Of a stretch of 64,000 nt of DNA, positions 49,025-61,553 are shown one piece after another. Location: positions 4,030,001 through 4,094,000 of the forward strand of contig NC_079165.1 of NCBI RefSeq assembly GCF_947568905.1, in the 5' to 3' direction. Each line of letters opens with the position of its first letter. The first letter of the stretch is position 1. The notes beneath the pieces are model-generated. The model saw nothing but the letters and a program-made list of their open reading frames with translations. It did not search any database and had not been told where the DNA came from. A program made the translations under genes and the position numbers. The stretch is from Ostrea edulis. Taxonomy: Eukaryota.

Positions 49025-49825
49025 ACATGGGTTAAACTCAGTAAGGGCTGCAAAGAAAACATCGTGACATTAGTCGAGGAAGTTAAAAGTTTCAGGGAAG
49101 TTGCAAAATTATTGAAAATTCCTATACCAACTGTGTATAGTGCTTGGAAAAAGGTTCGAGAGCGAGGTACAACAAAAACAACAACAACAACAAAGCATTG
49201 TACGAAATAAATTAGTAGATGAACGCACAGAACGGAGACTTGTTAGACACAGTCGGATAGAAAAAGACCACCGTCGGACGTTACAAGAAAACAGAATGAA
49301 AATAACGATGCAAAGTATTCCAAGAAAATTATTTGGCGATGTTTAAGACAAAATGGATACTTAATATGTCTTTGTATAAAGAAAATACGGTCAGAGTTGC
49401 CAATCGTGTGAAACGTTGGCAATGGTGTGCGGGTAAAAGAAACTGGACCGTGGAAAATGAATGGAAAAAGGTACTTTTTCTAATGAGTGTCAGATTGACG
49501 TTGAAAATGACTACCAAGTATGGAGAGTGATGAATCTTGACTACCGGACTGTAACACCCCCACCCCACCCCACCCCCCGCCGAAACTGGTAAAATATTTG
49601 GGGGTGCATTACATGTCTTATGTTGGTACTCTTTGTAGAGTAAATGTCAACATTAATTCTGAAAAATATATAGATAACTTGTAGCCTGTTGTAGCAAAAC
49701 TTTTTCAAGATGACAATCATCTGTAACTTATGGATGACAACTGCACCTGTTCATCGATCTTGTCTTTCAACAGATTACAAAATTGGCAACCAAATTCCAG
49801 CACTGAAGTGGCCCACACGATGACC
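49025..49825 (+). pseudogene. Highly degraded Tc1-like transposase
   Basis: HTH-like SFREVAKLLKIPIPTVYSAWKK, then WTVENEWKKVLF, WGCI, DDN and KWP fragments across frameshifts. Confidence 0.65.
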
Positions 49826-50061
49826 TCTCTAGAATTTTTTCACCCATATGGAAACGTGACCATTGTAGATGAAGGGCTGCAAAATTAAGGCCTATGCTCG
49901 GCGCTTACGGCCTTTGGGCAGGAGGGGTCTTTATCGTGCCACACCTGCTGTGACACGGGACCTCGGTTTTTGCGGTCTCATTTGGCGGTCCGCCCCATTC
50001 AATCACCTCTTACGACAAGTAAGGGATACTGAGGACGTATTTTAACCCAGATCCCCACGGG
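49824..50061 (-). mobile_element. SINE, non-tRNA head variant
   Basis: Ends exactly at CCCGTGGGGATC on the minus strand. Confidence 0.75.
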
Positions 50062-50164
50062 ATACTCTGCATTAAAAGAGATGGTTTTCATTCAAGAGGG
50101 AGAATCGAACTTTATTTGACTACTGTTTTGCGTTAGTACAAACTAACATCCAATAACTAGAGGT

Positions 50165-50428
50165 AGCCAATTAAATGGTGACGGGCCTGACTCGTTATTC
50201 TAATGTTCTTACCATCAACTCTCTTGTCTTAGCCAATTAAATGATGACGGGCCTGACTCGTTATTCTAATGTTCTTACCATCAACTCTCTTGTCTTAGCC
50301 AATTAAATGATGACGGGCCTGACTCGTTATTCTAATGTTCTTACCATCAACTCTCTTGTCTTAGCCAATTAAATGATGACGGGCCTGACTCGTTATTCTA
50401 ATGTTCTCACCATCCACTCTCCTGTCGT
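50165..50428 (+). repeat. 66-bp minisatellite, four copies
   Basis: AGCCAATTAAATGATGACGGGCCTGACTCGTTATTCTAATGTTCTTACCATCAACTCTCTTGTCTT. Confidence 0.95.
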
Positions 50429-51070
50429 AGTCCTCCACTTCACCGTCTGGTCTTAAAGGGAGGGAACATGAGTTGCACTGTACATGCTTCGAATTTTATG
50501 CATCACACCATATTGTCAACACTAGAATATCGGTAGAATGCTGTCTGTTTATTAGTATTGTTTAACTGCTGGATTTTATTTTTTGTTCTTTGCATTATGT
50601 ATTCCTGTACACATTCATTCCCCGTCCATAGGAATGGACATGCTGTCCCCCAAAACAACTTGACGATTAATATTGTTTGTTCATCGCTAATTTTTATGCT
50701 TTTTATCATATAAATATTCTTATCAACCATGCACCTATTTAATAGAGTCAACGCTATTAGACAAAGAGTGCTGTTGCTGATATATTTAATCACCCACACA
50801 GTCGTTTGTAATTATCACTAGCTCCGTCTGCAACATCCCTTTGTCCCTTGATGCATTCTAATCAGCTATATTGATAAACTATGTTCAAAGGCGATCTGCG
50901 CATGAATAACATTTCAAAATATTCATCTAGATATTTCATTATGGGTTTGTAACTTCCACATCCATTATCAAAATATGAAGGTGAACTGACAATTGTTTCT
51001 TAATGATAGGTGATCCATTAAGGGAACAAAAATATTGGATAATGAATCGATGTGATTAAATATTTCCACT

Positions 51071-54000
51071 ATGTGTTGCCACATGCTCCTGATTTTATTG
51101 GGTGAGTAGTTTACATGTATATTTCAGACCTATTTCACACCACAATTCTGTAACTTCACAAATCGTTCAAGCTTGCTGTTTGTCAGTAAGATTACTTAAA
51201 TCTACGACAAAAGTTGTATTCCTACCTTGTCTTTAAAGGGGTTAATTATGTCTTGTCCCTCAATGAAGTTGATCTGAAGCGGATGCTTTTCTCCCCTGCT
51301 GTGTATGATAAGTCTGTCCGACCACGCATTAACGCCACTCACACTGTAGAAGTAGGGGTTGGTTTTACCAACGTGTTTGTAGTCGACTTAGTAAGTACAC
51401 ATTTTCTAATCTTGCAACAGGAAGTATTGTACATTCCGAATGTATACGAACTTGAAACTCTTTGAATGAAACTACTCATATAAACTTCTTTGACATTTGG
51501 ACAAATCAGTCCATGAGTTGATTTTATTTTATAAACGTAAATGATTATCATTTCAGGATGAAAAGGGAAGTTCCCTCTCTCAAGCATGTTTCTTATATGT
51601 GGTAGGTGAAGATACACTTAATTAGTTATATGTTAATTATATGTGGTAGGTGAAGACACATTTAATTAGTTACATGTTACTTATATTTGATAAGTGAAGA
51701 CACGCTTAATTAGTTACATGTTACTTATATAAGGTAAGTGAAGACACACATAATTAATTACATGTTTATTAAATGTGGTGGATGGAGACCCACTTAATTA
51801 GTTAAGAATGCTTTATTTCAAATGATTAACTTGATCTTTGCACTAACTAAAAGAGATTAATTTAATTGATGATAAAATAGATTCATAACGGTCATATAAA
51901 GCTGTGTCGATAAATTTCAGGGGTGGAAGGACGAATTTTTGACATGGAATGCCAGTCATTACGAGGGTATAGAGAGTTTTGTTGTCGACATATCATCCAT
52001 ATGGTATCCAGATGTGTCAATTCTAGGAAGGTATTTAATTATAGTGTAAATTGAAAACTATTCGTTATAGTGGTTTGTTTATTGGCCATAAACTATGAAA
52101 ACCATTATCATATCTTGATTGTATTACCATTTGTCGACACTGTCTTTAGTTGTAGTATCTCTCTCATCCGCTCACGTTCTGTAAGCTACGGTACGTAGTA
52201 ATTGATTTTATAAAGAATTACATCGGTGTAACTGTTTTGTGCTCTTTAAACAAATTAGGTCATTTAATCAAACCAACGGATTGATTAATTTATCAATCGA
52301 ATTGATCAAGCAGTTGATTGAACGGAACTTGTTGACCGTTTTATTGGTATTATTTTACTGATAATTCACTATTTCTTGTTATGTGATGGAGAACCGTGTC
52401 GTTAAAATATTCTAATTTGCAAATATAACTGATCAAAGGGCGAATGTTGTCTCATGTGTCTCGTTAACAGCTGTCAAAATAGATTTTGACTATGGATTAC
52501 TTCGTTTACCTGATCAGGATATAAGGTTCACAACGAGTGTGACCGGTCGATAGGAATGTGTACTCCTCCTTGACACCCGACCCCACCTCAGGTGTACAGG
52601 AATCCTCGTTTGTCTTCTTAATTTTGTATTCTTCATAGGATTTAGGACATTGACCACTCTTTATTATCTTCACTTTTTCATTCCGGTGACTTCCTCGTTT
52701 TGTTCTAGTAAATATGCTGGTTGCCACTCGGTCTCCACCATGTGGTAGGTTTGTGATACCATGTTTTACTTGTTTTTTTCCTGCTTTGAAATACTGGTGG
52801 TTTCATAGTATTTTCCCTGTGAATCGGTCCTGTGGAATGTTGGTTGTCTCCTGCTTTTTGTATTGGTGAATCTGTCCCTTCCTATACTGGTGGCTGTTTG
52901 ATTTTGTGCTAGTGATTCATTCTGCGATGTACTGATGTTCTCTTTGTTTTGTGCTAGTAAATCGGCCATGTGGGATATTAGAGTTCTAGTTTCGTGCTCC
53001 TGAATTCATTCTATGATATACTGGAGATTGCCTCATTTCATGCTTGTAAAGCTATCCTGTAAAATTCATTGGGTTTTACTTTTCAAGTTTTTTCTTTAAT
53101 CTTTTAAATTTAAACAGTATATTATTATGTATAACATAATTAGATAAGGCACCAGACAGAACCCATATAAGCCCTCTCATTAAAGGCGCAAGGTACATGT
53201 AATGTCCACATAATTATAAACTGAAAGATTACATATATGATAATCCTTAGACGAATTTGACTTCACTTTTTGGCACACTGTTTCCCCCTATAATAGCTGT
53301 AAAACTTCATTGTTATATCGGATTTCAAACATTTCGGCTGAGTATCACTGAAGAGACATTATTTGTCGAAATGCGCATCTGGTGCATCAAAATTGGTACC
53401 GTATAAGTTTTACATAATATCTCAATATATATGAAGTAAAAAGATAATATAACATGCAAAGTGCAATGAAAATACAAATGTAATCACTGTATATAAATAA
53501 TCCACTAATAAAAACAAAACAAAAAATGGAAAAGAAAGAAAACAATGAGGTGGTGCTTAATGGAAAGTAAGAAAGAGAGTCAAAGGAAAACAAATCAAAT
53601 TGAGAAAAAGAAGGAAGAAATAAACACAAAAAGGGGGAAAAAGTAAGGGGTACCGATTCAACAGGAGAAGGTAAATCTGTCCTGTGAAATTCCTGGGCTT
53701 TTTTATTTTTATTATTGCTTATAACATTCTGCGTATAGTCAGTTTTTAAATCAAGGTAAGCTACTGACAAACAAGTTGATGGTACAGGGGTTTAACAGTC
53801 TCGATTGAAGTCAGCATTTCGCAAATTCTATGGTCGATATAACGATCTAGTTCGTCAATAAAACCTATCATTGGGTCAAATGTTGTCTGACGTGTTTCAT
53901 ATCGATTGTTAAGCCGTTCTTGAGACACTGATTTTGGCTGCAGATAACTCCGTTTACCTGAACGGGATATAGGGCTCACGGCGGGTGTGACCGGTCGACA

Positions 54001-56528
54001 GGGGATGTTTACTCCTTCTAGGCACCTGATCCCACTTCTGGTGTGTCCAGGGGTCCGTGTTTGCCCAACTATCTATTTTGTATTGCTTGTAGGAGTTATG
54101 AGATTGATCACTGTTCGTTATCTTCACCTTTCATTGCCCTGTAGAGTACTGGTTGCTTGTTGCGTTTTTGTGCCGGAGAATTAGTCTTCTAGAATGCTGG
54201 TAGTTGGCTGGTTTGTGTTTTTGTGCCGGAGAATTAGTCTTCTAGAATGCTGGTAGTTGGCTGCTTTGCGTTCTTGAGTCGCTGGTGTGATAAGTTTGTG
54301 ATTTTCCAGTTTTGTGTTGCTGAATTTATCCTGTAATGTACTGTCGATTTCCTAGTTTTATGCAATGAATTATCATCTGCCTGTACTTTCATATTGGCTT
54401 ATGATTTTAAAATATTATAGTTAGAGTATAAAAATATATCTTTGAGTAACAAATTGTCGTTATTTTCATTGCATCCACTTTCTGTTACATTGGAAAATAC
54501 GAATCATTAAGTTGAATTGTATCCATGGATATTCACGTCATACATTATAAATATACCATGATAATCCAGACCCTCAGAGTTTTTGGACAGTGAGTCTTTT
54601 TATGTTTGAATTACAACCTTTCTATGTATCTTAAATTTTTCAGAATGGAGATTGATCAAGAAGTGAAGTTTAATCGAGCACGAGTACAGTCCAATGGTAT
54701 GGTCAACACCACATTTGTAGGACCGCTGACAACCCATTGCAGCACAGATCCCTCCCACTTCCCGTTCGATTATCAGCTTTGTGAATTCAGGCTGGATTCT
54801 CAAATCTATACTAAATCCGAAGTTAAAATGAAGTTCACCTTCACAAACATGATGGAAAACTACAAATCAAATCCAAATTGGAACACAGCGTACATTAACT
54901 TTGTTGCTGATCAGCAACTCTATTTCTGTCTTCAAAGGAAATCGCTGTATTTAAGCATGCTCTATATGGTGCCAACTACAATGCATGCCGTATTGATTCT
55001 CGTTTCTTTCATAGTTCCTAGCGAAGCTGGGGAGAAAATATCATTCGGAATGTCTCTGTTTCTATCCTTTATGGTTTTACTGTTACAGTTAAATGGAGAT
55101 TTACCGGAAGTATCGACCTCCATTCCAGCGTTAGGTAGGTAGGTGTGGGACCTGCGTTAGGAGGATATGGCTGGGGCCAGCAGTACTTAACTGTTTTCAG
55201 GATTATTAGGTTGAAGTTTGTCTTTGTCAGTTTTCAGTTTATTAGTGTTATGTAATCGAGTTATAATCTCCATTTAAATTACAGTCTTCAATGTACTTCA
55301 CTACATTACGACGGCTAATACTTATCAGATATAAGGATATTCTTTAAAAATACGAGAGTTAATGGATTTTGTAGTATTGATTGATTGAATATTGTTTTAC
55401 GTCCCTCTCGAGAATATTTTACTCATATGCACTGCCGGTGAAGGGCTGCAAAATTTCGGTCTATGCTCGACGCTTTTGGCCATTGAGCAGGGAGGTATCT
55501 TTATCGTGTCACACCTGCTGTGACACGGGACCTCGGTTTTTGCGGTCTCATCCGAAGGACCACCCCATTTAGTCTCCTCTTACGACAAGTAAAGGGGTAC
55601 TGAGGACCTATTCTAACCCGGATCCCCACGGGATTGTCTCATCCAAAGGACCGCACCATTTAGTCGCCTCTTACGACAAGCAAGGGGGTACTGAGGACCT
55701 ATTCTAACCCGGATCCTCACGGGATGTTGTATTAGACACAAATTTTAGAATGGCATAATTTGAAAGGAATATGCAAAAAATTTCCTGTAAATAACAAATA
55801 TACAGATGGAAGTCGACTTTATGGATGTTTCATTAGACAGTTTTTTCTGGTTTGAATAGATTCTCAGTACCCCTTGCTTGTCTAGATGAGACCGTAATGG
55901 CTGAGACACTGTGTCACAGCAGGTGGGGCACGATAAAGAGCCCTCCATGCTTAAAGGCCGTCAGCGCAGAGTATAGCCTAAAATTTTCAGCGCTTCACCG
56001 ACAAGGGTGACATCTCCATATGAGTGAAAAATTCTCTCAAGAGACGTTAAACAATAATAAATTAATGAATCTCATCTGTAATTGATAACCGGTACAATTT
56101 TCTTGAGACGTATAATTATTGTCAAGAGGGAAGTACAGAAAATTTAACAATTTACTATAATAAAAGATCAACCGTTATATCATCTATATTGTTATGTGCA
56201 ATATTTTACAGAGATCTACGTTTTGCTTCACATGGTGAGTGGGGTCGTTTCCTTGGTTGTCTCCTCTTTCACAGCTTACGTCAAGCAGACCAGAGACCAA
56301 TTAAAATATCGAACTGAGACAAAAGTGAAGGACGTATCGTCCCTCGTTCCCAACAACAAATGCAAACCTAACAATAAAAGAAGAACGAACATCTGTGAAC
56401 GCCTCAGATCCGAGATATTCCTCAACCGGCTGGGATTTGCCGTGTCGTTCATTCTTATTCTAGCAGCAAACTGTGTAATGTTAAATGCCAAATTTGTCTC
56501 AACAAGCTGTGGCCATTTTCTATTGTAA
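51071..56528 (+). CDS. Divergent nAChR-like Cys-loop channel subunit, copy C, 381 aa
   Basis: Exons 51071-51101, 51239-51390, 51557-51601, 51921-52030, 54644-55134, 56212-56528 (1146 nt, open frame). Signal peptide MCCHMLLILLGVNYVLS, Cys-loop CSTDPSHFPFDYQLC, GEK and M1-M4. Confidence 0.95.
51585..51805 (+). repeat. 44-bp tandem repeat spanning the exon 3 donor of copy C, five units
   Basis: Donor-equivalent positions at 51602, 51646, 51690 (mutated), 51734 and 51778. Confidence 0.85.
53342..53385 (+). ncRNA. Minimal type-I hammerhead ribozyme in intron 4 of copy C, within a repeat of about 170 bp (53245-53415)
   Basis: GUAUCA-CUGAAGA-GAC(AUUAUUU)GUC-GAAA-UGCGCA-UC-UGGUGC: full core, stem I 6 bp with two G.U pairs, palindromic stem III, predicted cleavage after 53379. 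Confidence 0.85.
53735..54134 (+). mobile_element. Penelope-like element 3' fragment
   Basis: RT C-terminus plus tail. Further copies at about 8115-8200, 31145-31192, 39040-39200, 52470-52680, 56930-57180, 57340-57450, 60510-60640 and 60900-61150. Confidence 0.8.
55377..55723 (-). mobile_element. SINE, non-tRNA head variant, with a tandemly duplicated head
   Basis: The head ends at 55632 and again at 55723. Confidence 0.8.
55849..56068 (+). mobile_element. SINE copy inverted relative to 55377-55723
   Basis: Same core and tail, with an internal deletion in the head. Confidence 0.7.
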
Positions 56529-58419
56529 ACATTGGACATCTTTGAATTGAATTTGGTAGTGATCGTAATAATCGGTCTGGTATTGAATGATGACTAAAGC
56601 TGTATGGAATTACAACATAGGACTGTTTTCTACAGTTAAGAACCATAGCTGAAAACATAAATGAAACAACTACAAGGACATGTATGTCTCTTCTGCGTTT
56701 GAAACCAGAACACTCTTATTATATATTTCCAATACTTAATGTGTTATATTAACCTAAAAATGGGCCTGTAAAATTTATATGATGTACTTTAATCTTGTTA
56801 CATCATCAACCATATCTTTCACATTTACACCATCACAAAGACTCCATTATTCGGCGGCAACACATCAATGGGTAATTAATCAATGATAAAGATGAATAGA
56901 GATTCGATTAGTTATTAGGTCAAATGCTGTCTGGCGTTCGTTCATACATGTTCATTTATCAATTGGTAAAACCGTTCTATGCCTACTAATTTTGACTACG
57001 GATTATTCCGTTTACGTGATATATAGCTCACTGTGAGTATTACCAGTCAATAGGGTATGGGTATTTCCCCTAGGCACCTGATACCACCTTTAATGTGTCC
57101 AAGGAGTTCGTGTTTGCCCTACTCCTAATTCGTTTAATTTTGAATTATGCGATTGATTGTTGTTTGTTTTCATAACTTTTTACGAATTTTTCTCAGATCT
57201 TGATATGTTAAAGTATTGCATTGATAGTTATACAATAGTGTCCACCATCTAGAGTAAATATCCTCCAAATTCTCCTTGTTGAATATCGTCTAGCATCCAA
57301 ATACTTTCCACTTTTTTGTTGTCTATATCCTGGTGAGTTAGGGATTCTTACTCACCCTAGGCACCTGATCCCACTCCTGGTGTGTACCAGAGGTCCATGC
57401 TTGCCCTTCTCTGGTGGGATTTATTGCTGCTCGTTATCTTCACTTTTCCTTTTGTTTTAATGAATAATAAACATTGTCGTTATCGCTAGTTTTGTTTGAA
57501 ACATTTCCTGCGTTATTTAAGTAGAAATATTGATGCGCTCTGTGAATAAATGACCTGATACACTTAAATCACCTGGCACTATTGTTTAGATATGTTTTAA
57601 TGGAGGTAAAACATGAAAGACAAATGAACAATGATTTAATCAACATTCATTATATGGGTTCGAGTTACCTGCAAACGATTCAAATTTTGATAATCAAAGC
57701 AAGCATTGCAATATTAATCATCACCTTCTCTCTTAGAAAGATAATTTTTTTAAAGGTACTCTCTATATACATAGATATCCTTGTGTTCTTCGTTGCATCC
57801 ATGGATTGTGCATCGGAACTAGGCATGGTCTTTTATTTTGATAATCATTTCTCCGCGTGGTTGATCTGTTTCAAGACATCAATTGGTCTAAATTTAATGA
57901 ACATAACAAAGTTTAGATTTAAAACATCTAATTTTGATTATATTGTCAATGTTAGTAAACGGAGTAATCCGTAGTCAGAATCAATGTTATTTGATATGAA
58001 ACTATTTATGATCAAGAAAACAAAGAACCTCCAGAGACGGTTTGATCAGAGATGACGGTATCTTAGTAGCTCATTCAGTACTTGGTGAAGCACTTGCCTG
58101 GAAGTTAAATAGTCCCCACTTCGAATCTCAGTATCATTAATTTCTTGTAGTTCTCTCTTTTTATCTTACATTTATTATAATAAATATCCCAGGGCATGTC
58201 ACATGAAAATGTCTCCATGGGAGAGAGCTAATCTGGTTATCTTCAAGTCCTGAAAAAAACTAAGGGTAGATGTACCAACCATGGTGGTTCCACTACCCAA
58301 CTAGATACACTTAGTTAAGTGCTAGAACATATGGTGAAGATCAGAATTCAATTCAAGGTGTTCCATTTTTTAATCCAGTCTGGTCAGTTGTATTTCTTTT
58401 TTTATGTAGTAATATTCTA

Positions 58420-58870
58420 TTGTCTCCTGCATATGGTGTTTATATATCTCAACTGATTCGCAGGAGATTGTTCTGCTTATGGTCAGTTTTTAAATCGCGG
58501 CAAGCTACTGACGAACAAGTTGGTGGTACAGGAGTCTCGATTGAAGTCAGCATTTCGCAAATTCTATGGCCGTTATAACGATCTAGTTTGCCAATAAAAC
58601 CTATCATTGGGTCATATGCTGTCTCTGATGTGTTTCATTCCGATTGTTAGACCGTTCTTGGCACACTGATTCTGACGACGGATAACTCCGTTTACCCTAT
58701 CAAGATATAGGGCCCACGGCGGGTGTGACCGGTCGATAGGAGATGCTTATTCCTCCAAGGCACCTGATTCCACCTCTGGTGTGTCCAGGAGTCCGTGTTT
58801 CCCCAACTATCTATTTTTTATCGCTTATAGAAGTTATGAGATCGATCACTGTTCGTTATCTTCACCTTCC
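58420..58870 (+). mobile_element. Penelope-like element 3' fragment
   Basis: RT C-terminus plus tail. Confidence 0.8.
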
Positions 58871-59674
58871 ACACACAGAAATATATTTTGCAGCAGATAT
58901 AATTTTCCATTCAACACTAGTTGTAATTATGAATTAGTAGTTTGTAATTACAAAATATCGATTTTCGATTACAAATTATTGATTTGAAATTTACAAATTG
59001 TTGACTTGATATTTGTAATTGAATTTAAAATCACTCATCAGATTTTTTGTGTGATTTTGTGTTTAATCAAATATCTAAAGAAAGCTGATATTTTTCGCAT
59101 TGAAAATGAAAATGTCAAACAAGGATAATTCTGTCGTTAAGATGTGTGCATTACAATATTCGCCCAGACACAGTATTGGACACCAATCCAATGCAAAATA
59201 ATTCAAAAGCAATATTTGTTTCCATTTCCAATACAAGCTGATGTAGAGGATTTCATATCCTATCCCTGTACCGCTTTATCAATCCCTGTTCTTTCTGCGT
59301 CTGAAAATACCAACCGCCCACAACTAGCAACAAGTAAAATGTATCAACCTCATCGTATGTCAGGCGATGCAACACACGGCGATCCCCCCCCCCCCCCCTC
59401 ATTGGTTTAGTTTTAGTTTAGCATGCATGCACATTATGAAAATCAACAATGTCACTAACTATGACAGAGAAATACATTATTGTACTGATGACTATGAACA
59501 TATCTTACTGTTACCGGATCCCAAAGTATCATTATAACATTAACAAATGGGAGTGTCAAACATATGCTATATGCGAATGTTGAAATATTTAATCAAAGAT
59601 AAGAATTTCATATGATGAAATATAATCTCCTCTATCAAAATATGCTATATTTCACCGCGATTCTTTTAATTGAA

Positions 59675-60100
59675 TGAAAGGTGAAGATAAGGGTGATCAA
59701 TCTCATAACTCCTACAAGCAATACAAAATAGATAGTTGGGCAAACACGGACACCTGGATACACCAGAGGTGGGAGCAGGTGCCTAGGAGGAGTAATCATC
59801 CCCTGTCGACCGGTCACACCCACCGTGAGCCCTATATCCTGAGCAAGTGAACGGAGTTATCCGCAGTCAAAATAAGTGTGCCAAGAACTGCCTAACAATC
59901 GGTATGAAATATGTCAGACAACATTTGACCCAATGATAGGTTGTATTGACGAACTACATCGTTATATCGACCATAGAATTTGTGACATGTTGACTTCAAT
60001 CGAGACTGTTGAAACCCATGTACCATCAACTTGTTTGTCAGTAGCTTGCCTCGATTCAAAAACTGACTATACGTAGAACAAGCTCTTGCAATACCAACTT
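59675..60100 (-). mobile_element. Penelope-like element 3' fragment
   Basis: ORF 59892-60212 ends ..[41 protein letters not shown]. Confidence 0.8.
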
Positions 60101-61349
60101 CAGAGTGATTGTGTATAGAATCAGAGCAGTGTTTAGAAAGTAATTTATTTTGGATTAATGATATCAATATTCCCATCATAATTTTTAAAGAAGCAGCTGT
60201 CCATGATGTCAAAGTCGGACCTTTAAGTTAAAACTGCTTTTCCTTACCAAACATTGAATTGCTTGCAGTTAACTCGAACTTAGAAAAGGGATGTTGATTA
60301 AATTAGTAGTAACTAAGGAACATTATTGTAAAGGTGTCTTTCATGATTTACCTCTATCATGAATTCAAACAATTACCAGCAGTTACAAGTGTATAGATAA
60401 CTTATTCATAGATACATCAATATTTTTACTTAAACATTTGACATTGTATGGTGTGGAAAATATTTCAGGTAAAATTAGCAATAACAGCAATGTTTATCAT
60501 TCATTACGACAAAAGGAAATGTAAAGATAACGAGATGCGATCAATCTGATAAATCCTATAGAGATACAACGTTGAGAATATGGCAAATATGGACCCTTGA
60601 ACATAACAGAGGTGGGATCAGGTGCCTGGGATAAATAATCTTCCCCTGTTGACAAGGGTGTAGAGGAGAAACGATTGAAGCAAATTGAGATAGGACATTC
60701 GGATAGAGGACCAATATTTCCACTCAAATGAATTACTTGACTCCAGTGATCGAACGTCCATCTGTTCGACTTTTCGGTGATCGTCATCGAGGACAATAAG
60801 TTCGATTCAAAGCAATGTAGTTTACCCTTTGGATTATAGACACTATTGAATAACTATTTATACAATATTTCAATATCATCTCAGTAGTATTTATAAAAAT
60901 GTGAAGATAACGAACACTGATCAATCTCATCATTCCTATAAACAATACAAAATTAAGAAGAAGGCAAACATGGAACCCTTGGACACACCAGAGGTGGGAT
61001 CAGGTGCCTACGAGTAGTAAGCATTTGTTTACCGGTTACACCCGCCGTGAGCTCTGTATAAAATAAACTGAATAATCTGTAACCAAAATTAGTATGTACA
61101 TAATTTGTAAGAAAAATTAAGACACGTCAGACAATATTTGACCCAATAACAATTTCTTAATCCGTTCTTTATTCATTAAAAAGTTCCCCTTCCATATGTT
61201 GCGTCGAAAAATGGATTTTTTGTGATGGTGTAGGTCAATGAGGTAACGAAATTAAGATACATTACAGATATTTTACATGACTCTTCTTAAGAACGTATAA
61301 CACATTAAGTATTGATAATGTATGACAGTTCTCTAGTTATTAACACAGA

Positions 61350-61389
<40 letters not shown>

Positions 61390-61553
61390 GTGTAGTTGTT
61401 CCATTTATGTTTTTAGCTGCAGGTACAGAAACTGAGTATGTTTCTTCACTATAGAACAGTCATACGTTGTAATTCCGCACACCTTCAGTCATCATTCAAT
61501 AACAGAACCAGTATTACGATCACTACCAAAGTCAATATAATAATGTCAAATGT

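Noticed and set aside
50165-50428. CRISPR-like array or coding repeat (also the 29-bp array at 38584)
   Set aside because: No unique spacers, eukaryotic context, and the 66-bp unit has stops in all six frames
55590-55632. CTGAGGA in the antisense SINE head as a hammerhead core
   Set aside because: No GAAA follows a stem II
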